Source: Methanobacteriota archaeon
GTDB taxonomy: Archaea > Thermoplasmatota > Thermoplasmata > RBG-16-68-12
Length of the DNA: 59,319 bases
Reading direction: 5' to 3'
Assembly (NCBI GenBank): GCA_005878955.1
Contig: VBMI01000095.1
Span: 1 to 59,319 of the forward strand
Numbering within the stretch: the stretch's first letter is position 1; every line of letters begins with the position of its first letter. The position numbers and the translations under genes are program-made. Shown here in pieces: positions 46,918-54,577 of this stretch. Below the pieces are notes generated by a model, which was not told where the DNA came from, searched no databases, and saw only the letters and a program-made list of their open reading frames with translations.

Positions 46918-48672
46918 GTGGGCATCGGAGGGAATCACGTGACGGAGAACCCGAGCGCGAGGCGAGCGACGGTCATCCTGTTCGGTCTGTGCGTAATCGC
47001 TGCGAGCGCGATTGCCGGCGCCGCGGTGTATCGATACGTGTTCTGGGGCGGCCAGGTCCCCGGCGGGTTCGTGATCAACCCCGTGGACCTCAACGGGGAC
47101 GGGTCCTCGGAGTACCTCATCGCGAAGGTCGTCGTCGACCTGCCGGAATCCGGGGACTACACCGCGGTCGCCACCCTGCAAAACCCGACCACGGGCACCG
47201 CCCTCACCCAGACGACCGGGCGCGTCGAGATGGACCGCGGGCAGGAGATCTTCGGGATCGGGTTCTGGACCCCCGACCTCCGCAAGGCGGAGGCGAGCGG
47301 GCCGTATTCGATGCAGCTCATCCTCATCCGGGAGCAAAGCGACAGCCCGTTCGAGCGGCCGGCCTCGCCGGACATGGTGGGGCGGCTGTACCAATGGACG
47401 TTCACGACGCCGGCCTATGACTGGCGTTCGTTCCAGGAGCAGCCCACCGCCTTGGCCGCCACCGGGCCCGCGACCGCGGTCCGCGACGACTGGGACGGGA
47501 ACGGGATCGTGGACCAGTACGAGATCAGTGTCCCGCTCGATGTCAAGCAGTCCGGCTTCTACTCCGTACGGGCCCAGGCGGACCAGCTCACGCTCCCCGG
47601 GGTGACGGACCGGTTCTTCCCGACGCCCTCGGCCGCGGACCTGGCGCAGCCCCGCTTCGTGTTCCTCGCCCAGGGCCCGCAGTCCGTCCAGATCATGATC
47701 CCTCCGGAGGAGATGTACCTCAGCGGGGTGGACGGGGACTTCCAGGCGCACGTGACGATCTCCAGCGCGACGGAAAGCGTCACGAGCCATCCGTGCTGCG
47801 GGACGACGACGGAGAGCTTCTCCGAGTCGCCGGCCTTCGCGGCCCCGCCCGACGGGTCCGCGTTCGGGCTCCGCGCGCCGTACCTCATTCCGCCCACGCC
47901 GATCGGCGTCTCCGTGGAGACGCACTTCACGGACGTGGTGCGCTGGTACGACTTCCGCAGCCCGTGGATGCCGATCGAGTTCGTGGGGGACGTGCGCGAC
48001 TTCGGGGTCGACGCGGACCACGACGGACTCTTCGAGTCCCTCGCCGTGGAGGCGCAGGTGAACGTCCGGACGCTCGGGTCCTTCGACCTGTCGGGGACGC
48101 TGTACGCTGGGGGCTCCGAGCCCACGGACCAGATCCTGATGCGGAGCACGCCCGAGGCGTCGAGCATCGTGACGACCTCCTGGACGCGGATCCGGTTCAC
48201 GGACTGGTCCCAGACGCAGAGCCCGCAGACCGTGCGGCTTGAGTTCACCGGCGCGGAGATCCTCGCGGCGGGCCTCAACGGACCGTTCGCGGCGAAGCTC
48301 CGGATCGTGCCCGCGAACGTCATCATCGACCCGGTCCTCGCGCACACCACGATGTCCTACGATCTCAGCCAGTTCGCGGCCTCGGGCGCGAAGCCCGCCC
48401 GGCTGCCCGCCGTGGGCGTGACGAGCCCGTCGACCGGCGAGTATCGGGTCCAGCTGTCCCCGGGGACGCTCGGGGACGGCTACCAGGTGATCGTGCGGAT
48501 CATCCACGCGAACGGTGTCGTGGCCGTCGACCAGCAGTTCCGGGCCACGTCCGTCGGTGTCGTCGGGTTCCGCACGGACCCCGGGCGCGCGCACGCGTTT
48601 GCGGTCGCCGTATACCTGGTGGCACCCGACGGCACGGGCGTGGACTATATCGAGGTCCCGCTCTCGGCATAG
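46918..48672 (+). CDS. Secreted/anchored protein with three repeated DxDxDG-led modules; function unknown
   Basis: The N-terminal anchor is RRATVILFGLCVIAASAIAGAAV. The three modules begin DLNGDGSSEYLIAKVVVDLPESGDY, DWDGNGIVDQYEISVPLDVKQSGFY and DADHDGLFESLAVEAQVNVRTLGSF. The start is uncertain (GTG at 46918 or 46939). Confidence 0.7.
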   Translation: MGIGGNHVTENPSARRATVILFGLCVIAASAIAGAAVYRYVFWGGQVPGGFVINPVDLNGDGSSEYLIAKVVVDLPESGDYTAVATLQNPTTGTALTQTTGRVEMDRGQEIFGIGFWTPDLRKAEASGPYSMQLILIREQSDSPFERPASPDMVGRLYQWTFTTPAYDWRSFQEQPTALAATGPATAVRDDWDGNGIVDQYEISVPLDVKQSGFYSVRAQADQLTLPGVTDRFFPTPSAADLAQPRFVFLAQGPQSVQIMIPPEEMYLSGVDGDFQAHVTISSATESVTSHPCCGTTTESFSESPAFAAPPDGSAFGLRAPYLIPPTPIGVSVETHFTDVVRWYDFRSPWMPIEFVGDVRDFGVDADHDGLFESLAVEAQVNVRTLGSFDLSGTLYAGGSEPTDQILMRSTPEASSIVTTSWTRIRFTDWSQTQSPQTVRLEFTGAEILAAGLNGPFAAKLRIVPANVIIDPVLAHTTMSYDLSQFAASGAKPARLPAVGVTSPSTGEYRVQLSPGTLGDGYQVIVRIIHANGVVAVDQQFRATSVGVVGFRTDPGRAHAFAVAVYLVAPDGTGVDYIEVPLSA

Positions 48673-48719
48673 GCCCTTTGACCGCGGCCGCCCGGGACGG
48701 ACGAAGGGCGTGACCGCCC

Positions 48720-49013
48720 TCAGACCGGGCGCTTGCACTTCGCGCACACCAGCCGGCACTCGGTCTTGCACTCCGTGCAGATCCCGTGGAGGAACTTCTC
48801 CTTCACCGGGGCGTGGTGGCAATCGCTGACGACGGAGACCATGTGGCCGCAGTAGTCGCACAGGTGCTGGACTGGGCGCTTGCCCGCCATGTACCGCTGG
48901 TACGCCATGAGGGCGAGGAGGATGATCATGAGAAGGGCGATGATCCCCACGACGATGAGGCAGGCGAGGTTCCCCGCCGTGTCCACCAGGGGCAGGAGCG
49001 GGAGCACGGGCAC
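48720..49013 (-). CDS. Small membrane protein with a C-terminal Cys/His-rich zinc-binding tail
   Basis: TM segment LACLIVVGIIALLMIILLALMAY, then CDYCGH...DCHH...CTECKTECRLVCAKCK. The start codon is GTG. Confidence 0.5.
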   Translation of the reverse strand: MPVLPLLPLVDTAGNLACLIVVGIIALLMIILLALMAYQRYMAGKRPVQHLCDYCGHMVSVVSDCHHAPVKEKFLHGICTECKTECRLVCAKCKRPV

Positions 49014-49090
49014 TGACCCTCAATCCCAGTGTTTGTCTTAAGGTTGGCGGGCCGCCCCCCGGGAACCTCTTTAGCACGTCCTCCCTCCGG

Positions 49091-49909
49091 GTGGACGTGC
49101 GGGCAGCGGACGTCGCGGGCGAGCTGCGCCGACTGGGGATCCGTCCGAGCCGCGGCCTCGGCCAGCACTTCCTGATCGACGAGCGGGTCGCCCGCCGCCA
49201 GGTCGAACGCGCCGACCTTCGCGGGGACGAGACGGTCCTGGAGGTCGGCCCCGGCATCGGAGTCCTCACCCGGATCCTCGCGGACCGCGCGGGACGGGTC
49301 GTCGCGATCGAGAAGGACCGCAGGCTCGCCGAGGCGCTGGCGGGGATCGGCCCGCGGGTCGAGGTCGTCCGCGGGGACGCACTAAGAGTCGAATGGCCCC
49401 CGTTCGACGTGATGGTCTCGAACCTTCCGTACCGCATCTCGTCCCCCGTGACGTTCAAGCTCCTCGACCAGGTGTTTGATCGCGCGGTCCTCATGTTCCA
49501 GCGGGAGTTCGCGGACCGAATCGTTGCGAAGCCGGGGACGAAGGACTACTCCCGCCTGACGGTGAGCGTCGCGCACCGCGCCGGCGGTGAGATCCTCGAG
49601 CGGGTCCCGCGTTCCGCCTTCCATCCGCAGCCGCGCGTCGACTCCGCGGTCGTGCGTCTCGTGCGGAGGGACCCACCCTACCGGCTCGCGGACGAGGCGA
49701 TCTTCCACGCGGTCGTCGGCGCGTGCTTCCAGCACCGCCGCAAGACGATCCGCAACGCCCTCGAGCTCGAGTGGCGCCGATTCGACGACGACCGCGAGGC
49801 CTGGCAGCGGAGGGTCCCCGCTCTGCCCTTCCTCTCCCGACGCGCGGAGGCGCTCGCTCCGGAAGATTTCGCCACCCTCGCGAACGGGATTGCGGGGGCG
49901 AAAGGTTAA
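49091..49909 (+). CDS. rsmA: 16S rRNA (adenine-N6,N6)-dimethyltransferase (KsgA/Dim1)
   Basis: LGQHFLIDERV, VLEVGPGIGVLTRIL (SAM-binding) and VSNLPYRISSPVTFKLL are present. The start codon is GTG. Confidence 0.9.
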   Translation: MDVRAADVAGELRRLGIRPSRGLGQHFLIDERVARRQVERADLRGDETVLEVGPGIGVLTRILADRAGRVVAIEKDRRLAEALAGIGPRVEVVRGDALRVEWPPFDVMVSNLPYRISSPVTFKLLDQVFDRAVLMFQREFADRIVAKPGTKDYSRLTVSVAHRAGGEILERVPRSAFHPQPRVDSAVVRLVRRDPPYRLADEAIFHAVVGACFQHRRKTIRNALELEWRRFDDDREAWQRRVPALPFLSRRAEALAPEDFATLANGIAGAKG

Positions 49910-49952
49910 TTCGCCTTCCACAAATAGCGGCCATCCTTCTTCAGGGAGCCGC

Positions 49953-50825
49953 ATGGTCCGGAGGAAAGAGAAGTCGGAGCTTGATCAGGCCGAGATCAAG
50001 CTCGAGAGCCTGATCCAGCGGCGCGACGCCCTGAACTCCGAGGCCTCCGTGTTCCGCGAGGAGCGGGACCTCCTGAACCGCGAGAAGAAGGCGGTCGTTG
50101 ATCAGATGCGGGGGCTCCGAGACGAACGAGACCACCTCGTGCAGGAGATGCGGGCCCATCGCGACAAGCGGAACGAGTTCCAGCAGAAAGCCCGCGAGCT
50201 GATTGAGCTCAAGCGGAAGGTCCGCGGCCAGGTCCACACCTCCATCTCCGGCGACCTCGACCGCCTCCGGAAGGACGTGAAGGGGCTCGAGATGCGCCAG
50301 CAGACCTCGACCCTGAAGCTGGACGAAGAGAACGCACTCCTCGACGACCTCCGCGAGAAGCTGAAGGAGCTGAAGGCATTGGAGGGCCTCCGGAGCGAAC
50401 AGGACAAGATCGGGCACGAGGTCCGCGACCTCGACGCGTCGATCACGGATCTCTTCAAGGTCGCGGATAAGGAGCACGAGCTCGTCGTGAAGCTCAGCAG
50501 CGAGGCGAAGGAGCGGCACGAGAAGGTCGTCGGCCTCGTAACGCAGGCGTCCGCGCTCGCCGCAGAGGCGGACAAGAAGCACGAGGAGTTCGTGAAGGTC
50601 CGCACCCGGGCGGACGAGGCGCACGAGAAGGCGATGGAGATGCGCGGGAAGGTCCTCACGATCCGGAACACGCAACGCTCCGAGGTCCGGGAGGCGAGGA
50701 ACCTCCTCCGGCAGCAAAACCTCACCGTCCGGAAGGCCCTCCTGGACGACCGCAAGCTCGACCAGGCCGCGGAGGACGCCCTCCAGGTCCTCCTCAAGAA
50801 GGGGCGCGTGGAGATGAAGGGATGA
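49953..50825 (+). CDS. Archaeal coiled-coil protein (COG1340-like)
   Basis: 290 aa that are almost entirely heptad-like charged helix (LIQRRDALNSEASVFREERDLLNREKKAVVDQMRGLRDERDHLVQEMRAHRDKRNEF...). It is a paralog of the partial gene at 1-385. Confidence 0.75.
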   Translation: MVRRKEKSELDQAEIKLESLIQRRDALNSEASVFREERDLLNREKKAVVDQMRGLRDERDHLVQEMRAHRDKRNEFQQKARELIELKRKVRGQVHTSISGDLDRLRKDVKGLEMRQQTSTLKLDEENALLDDLREKLKELKALEGLRSEQDKIGHEVRDLDASITDLFKVADKEHELVVKLSSEAKERHEKVVGLVTQASALAAEADKKHEEFVKVRTRADEAHEKAMEMRGKVLTIRNTQRSEVREARNLLRQQNLTVRKALLDDRKLDQAAEDALQVLLKKGRVEMKG

Positions 50826-51904
50826 AAGCGGTCATCCTCGCGGGGGGAGAGGGCACCCGGCTGAAGCCGCTGACCTTCCGGCGGCCGAAGCCCCTGATCC
50901 CGATCGCGGGGCGCCCGTGCATCGACTTCGTGATCCGGTCCCTGATCGCCTCCGGGTTCCGGGAGATCGTGATCACGACCGCGTACCTCTCGGACCGGCT
51001 CATCCAGTCCATCGGCGACGGCCTCGACTACAACGCGTCCATCCTGTACTCCTTCGAGGGCACCCCCGCGGGCACCGCAGGGGCGGTGCGCCGGGTCGCG
51101 AACTTCATCGGGGAGACGTTCGTCGTCGCGATGGGCGACGTCCTCGCGGACGTGGACTTCCGGGCCCTGTACGACTTCCACCGGGACCGCGGCGGGGTCG
51201 CGACGATCGCCCTCACGAGGGTCACCGACCCGACGCAGTACGGCATCGCGGCGACGGACGCCCGCGGGCGGATCGCGAAGTTCCGGGAGAAGCCGAAGAA
51301 GGAGGAGGCGTTCTCCGACCTCGCGAACGCCGGGATCTACGTGCTCGAGCCGAAGGTCCTCGAGTTCATCCCCCCGGACCAGCCGTTCGATTTCGCGAAG
51401 GACGTGTTCCCCCGGCTCCTTGCGAAGGGGCTGCCGGTCTACGGGAAGGAACTGGACGGGGTCTGGATGGACATCGGCCGGCCGCGGGACCTCTGGCGGG
51501 CGAGTATGGAGGTCGTCAAGCGGGAAGGCAAGCCCGCCTCCCTCCCGGGCGTCCGGACGGACGGACCTCTCATCCTCCAAGAGGGGGCGGTCGTCGAGGC
51601 CGGCGCGACCCTGCACGGCCCCGTCTTCCTCGCCTCCGGCTCCCGGGTCGCGCGCGGATGCATCGTGAGCAACGCGTGCGTCTACGAGGGCAGCGCGATC
51701 GACGCGGACGCGACCGTGACGAACAGCATCGTGCTCGAGCAGAGCCGGATCGGGGCGAGGTGCGAGATCACGGACAGCGTCGTCGCCACGAGCTGCCGCA
51801 TCGAGGAGGACGTGCGCCTCGTCTCGAGCCTGATCGGCGACGACATGACGGTGAAGGCCCACTCCCGCTTGGAGAACGCGACGGTGTCGCCGCCGGCGGA
51901 GTGA
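50822..51904 (+). CDS. NDP-sugar pyrophosphorylase (nucleotidyltransferase domain plus left-handed beta-helix)
   Basis: MKAVILAGGEGTRLKPLTFRRPKPLIPIAGRP is the signature. The C-terminus has hexapeptide-like repeats. ATGA overlaps the upstream stop. Confidence 0.85.
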   Translation: MKAVILAGGEGTRLKPLTFRRPKPLIPIAGRPCIDFVIRSLIASGFREIVITTAYLSDRLIQSIGDGLDYNASILYSFEGTPAGTAGAVRRVANFIGETFVVAMGDVLADVDFRALYDFHRDRGGVATIALTRVTDPTQYGIAATDARGRIAKFREKPKKEEAFSDLANAGIYVLEPKVLEFIPPDQPFDFAKDVFPRLLAKGLPVYGKELDGVWMDIGRPRDLWRASMEVVKREGKPASLPGVRTDGPLILQEGAVVEAGATLHGPVFLASGSRVARGCIVSNACVYEGSAIDADATVTNSIVLEQSRIGARCEITDSVVATSCRIEEDVRLVSSLIGDDMTVKAHSRLENATVSPPAE

Positions 51905-51914
51905 CGCGCGGGCG

Positions 51915-53213
51915 TCACCGGAGCGGAGAGCGGTCCATCACGACGCGCCCCGCCTTCACGACCTTCTCGACGAGGTTCCCGCCGAGGCGGTAGCCCAGGT
52001 GCCCCACCGCGTCCGCGTCCAGGATGAGGAGGTCCCCCGCCATCCCCGGGTCCAGGGCCCCGACCTCCTTCCCCTTCCCGATCGCGAAGGCGGCGTTCAC
52101 GGTCGCGGCGACGATCGCCTCCTCGGGGTACATGCCGAGGCGGTGGGTCGCGAGGGCCAGCACGCCCTGCATGGACTCGTTCCACGCGCCCGGGTTCAGG
52201 TCCGACCCGAGGGCGACGGGGACTCCCGCCCGGATCAGTCTCCTCGCATCCGCGAACGGCAGCCCCGCCGCGACGGACGCGGAGGGCAGCACCACGCCGA
52301 TCACGCCCTTCTCCGCCATCGCCCCGAGGCCCGCGTCCGAGGCGTGGAGCAGGTGGTCGGCGGAGACCGCGCCGACCTCCGCCGCGAGCGCCGCCCCGCC
52401 AGTGTCCGAGAGTTCGTCCGCGTGCACCTTCGCCTCGAGGCCGTGGGCCTTCGCCGCCGCGAAGATCCGGCGGGCGTGGTCCGCGGAGAAGAGGCCGCCC
52501 TCGACCCAGACGTCGCAGAACCGCGCCCCGGTGCGGCTCGCGACCGCGGGGACCATCTCGTCCGCCACCAAGCCGGCATACGCGTCCGCGCGGCCTTGGA
52601 ACTCCGGGGGGACCGTGTGGGCGCCCATGAACGTGGACACGAGGCTCATCGGATGGGAGCCGGCCAGCTCGTCGATCGCCTGGAGGATGGCGAGCTCGGA
52701 CTCCGTCGTGAGCCCGTACCCGCTCTTCACCTCCGCCGTCGTCGTCCCGAAACGGAGCATCCCGTCGAGCCGCTTCCGGGTCGCGGCGACGATCGCCTCC
52801 TTGGTCGCGGCGCGGGTGTCGCGGACGGTGCGGTGGATCCCGCCCCCGCGGGCGAGGACCTCCCGGAACGACAGCCCCTCGACCTTCCACGCGAGCTCCT
52901 CGTGGCGGGAGCCCGCGAAGGCGGCGTGGGTGTGGGCGTCCACGAACCCGGGGAGGACGACCTTGCCGGTCGCGTCGAGGACGTCCGCCGCCCCTCCGCG
53001 GACGCGGAGGACCTCGCGGGTGTCGCCGACCTCCCGAATCCGCCCGCCTTCAATGTACACGGCGCCGTCCGGCACGATCCCGAGGTCCCGCATCTCCTCC
53101 CCGCGGCGGGCTCGGGCCCATGGGCCCCGGAGGGTGACGAGCTCGGCGGCGTGGACGACGAGCAGGCCCGCGCCCGTCGGTGCGGTGGCGGGACCCGCCG
53201 CGCGGGGCTTCAT
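51915..53213 (-). CDS. hutI: Imidazolonepropionase-like amidohydrolase
   Basis: PGFVDAHTHAAFAGSRHEE...GGGIHRTVRDTRAA...TTAEVKSGYGL...KVHADELS...SADHL...GSDLNPG matches the HutI metal-ligand pattern. This is the internal ATG of track ORF 51915-54035. No other hut genes are adjacent. Confidence 0.8.
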   Translation of the reverse strand: MKPRAAGPATAPTGAGLLVVHAAELVTLRGPWARARRGEEMRDLGIVPDGAVYIEGGRIREVGDTREVLRVRGGAADVLDATGKVVLPGFVDAHTHAAFAGSRHEELAWKVEGLSFREVLARGGGIHRTVRDTRAATKEAIVAATRKRLDGMLRFGTTTAEVKSGYGLTTESELAILQAIDELAGSHPMSLVSTFMGAHTVPPEFQGRADAYAGLVADEMVPAVASRTGARFCDVWVEGGLFSADHARRIFAAAKAHGLEAKVHADELSDTGGAALAAEVGAVSADHLLHASDAGLGAMAEKGVIGVVLPSASVAAGLPFADARRLIRAGVPVALGSDLNPGAWNESMQGVLALATHRLGMYPEEAIVAATVNAAFAIGKGKEVGALDPGMAGDLLILDADAVGHLGYRLGGNLVEKVVKAGRVVMDRSPLR

Positions 53214-53233
53214 CACCTTGTGCGGGCGCCGGA

Positions 53234-54160
53234 TCACGGGGAGGCCTCCAGCCCCCGGGGCTCCGTCTCGACGAGGAACGCCTTCCCGCCCGCGGCGTGG
53301 ATCGCCCCGCGGACCTCCTCGGGCTTGTCCGTGAGCGCGAACATGCTCCCGCCACCCCCCGCGCCGGTGATCTTCGCCCCGTAGGAGTGGGGCCGCGCGG
53401 CCGCGACGAACTTTTCCAGGAGCGGATGCCCCACCCCGAGGAGGTTGAGGAGCGCATGGTCCCGGTCCATTAGCTCCCCCGCCCGCACGAGGTCCCCCCG
53501 CTGGAGCGCCCGGAGCCCCTCCAGGGTGATCTCGCCGATTTCCCGGATGGCGTCCGCCGCCGCGGGGTCCCGTCGGACGCGCTCCTGGACCCCCGCCACG
53601 AGGGGGCCCGTCGGGGCCGCAATCCCCGTGTTCCCTACGACGAAGCCTGTCGCGGGGAGGGAGCAGTGGTGGAGGAACCAGTGGCGGTCCCCCCGGTCCA
53701 CCTCCCACAGGAGCCCCTCCCCGGCCTCCTTGCGGACGAGGACGGCCGCACCGTGAGCGGCCGTGCTCGTGTCGATCGGGCTCGCGCGGCCTTGGACGCC
53801 GTACTCCACATCGAACGCGCGGCGGGCGATCGGCTCCGGGTCCACGGGGCCCTCGAGGGCGGCGAGGGCGCCGAGGGTCGCGACGGTCACCGCCGAGGAG
53901 GATCCGAGGCCGCAGCCGAGGGGGATCATCGAGCGGATCTCGAGCCACAGGGGCGGGCCGTGCCAGTCGGACTCGACCGCCCGCCGGACGTACGCGTACT
54001 TCGAGTCCTCGAGGGAGGCCCCGTCCACGAGCCACGCGTCGTGGAGGCGGGCGAAGACCTCCGTCCGCAGGTCGATCGCGGTCGCGAGGGCCGGCTCTCC
54101 GAAGACGACCGCGTGCTCGCCGAAGAGGATGAGCTTCCCGGGCGCCGAGGCCCTCGCCAT
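53234..54160 (-). CDS. mvk: Mevalonate kinase
   Basis: MARASAPGKLILFGEHAVVFGEPALA and IPLGCGLGSSSAVTVA (GHMP kinase motif), with KITGAGGGGSMFAL at the C-terminus. Confidence 0.9.
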   Translation of the reverse strand: MARASAPGKLILFGEHAVVFGEPALATAIDLRTEVFARLHDAWLVDGASLEDSKYAYVRRAVESDWHGPPLWLEIRSMIPLGCGLGSSSAVTVATLGALAALEGPVDPEPIARRAFDVEYGVQGRASPIDTSTAAHGAAVLVRKEAGEGLLWEVDRGDRHWFLHHCSLPATGFVVGNTGIAAPTGPLVAGVQERVRRDPAAADAIREIGEITLEGLRALQRGDLVRAGELMDRDHALLNLLGVGHPLLEKFVAAARPHSYGAKITGAGGGGSMFALTDKPEEVRGAIHAAGGKAFLVETEPRGLEASP

Positions 54161-54235
54161 CGTTCGCGAATCCCGGTGGCCGATATTAAGGGTTCGCGAC
54201 CCGTGGGCCGCGTGACGCCTTTCGGCCATCCCATA

Positions 54236-54257
54236 GTTGGTCTTAAATAAGACCAAC
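54236..54257. promoter_or_regulatory. Perfect palindrome GTTGGTCTTA-AA-TAAGACCAAC centred on a TATA-like TTAAATAA; candidate operator/promoter
   Basis: Read directly from the sequence. It has 10-nt arms. The TATA-like core lies about 25-30 nt upstream of the ATG at 54274. Confidence 0.5.
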
Positions 54258-54273
54258 TCCCTGGGCTGAGCCG

Positions 54274-54510
54274 ATGCGACTCGGATACGGAGTGCGCGTG
54301 AAGGAGATCAAGGGACGCGCGTACGTCGACGTCTGGCGATACGAGAACCGAGACGGCCGGAGAGTCCAACGGTTCGAGTACGTCGGGCCCCTCAAGGATC
54401 CCGCCACGGAGGAGCGGGTGAGGGTCATCCTGGACAGGTTCCAGGCGCAGGGGGTTCAGGAGTTTCGACGGCGGACCGGTCGGCTTGTCGCCCGCGGGTC
54501 CGCACCATGA
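54274..54510 (+). CDS. Small basic hypothetical protein (78 aa)
   Basis: MRLGYGVRVKEIKGRAYVDVWRYENRDGRRVQRFEYVGPLKDPATEERV... It has an ATG start and sits in an otherwise unassigned gap, flanked by matching palindromes. Codon bias is consistent with the neighbouring genes. Confidence 0.45.
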   Translation: MRLGYGVRVKEIKGRAYVDVWRYENRDGRRVQRFEYVGPLKDPATEERVRVILDRFQAQGVQEFRRRTGRLVARGSAP

Positions 54511-54517
54511 TGCAAGA

Positions 54518-54539
54518 GTTGGTCTTGAACGAGACCAAC
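54518..54539. terminator. Inverted repeat GTTGGTCT-TGAACG-AGACCAAC between convergent genes; a hairpin terminator or a second operator
   Basis: It has the same 8-nt arms as the palindrome at 54236-54257. It lies 8 nt after the small ORF stop and about 40 nt after the CDC48 stop. Confidence 0.45.
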
Positions 54540-54577
54540 CCGCGGGGTACCTGCGGCGGGGAGCCGGCAGGGCGCCC

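Noticed and set aside
46216-49494. 1092-aa minus-strand ORF spanning the radical SAM gene, the secreted protein, the small Cys protein and ksgA
   Set aside because: It crosses four independently supported genes on both strands, and the translation is Arg/Gly/Pro-rich junk.
51915-53213. Interpreting hutI as evidence of a histidine-utilisation operon
   Set aside because: No hutH, hutU or hutG is adjacent. The neighbours are mevalonate kinase and a sugar nucleotidyltransferase, so it may be a stand-alone amidohydrolase of the same family.
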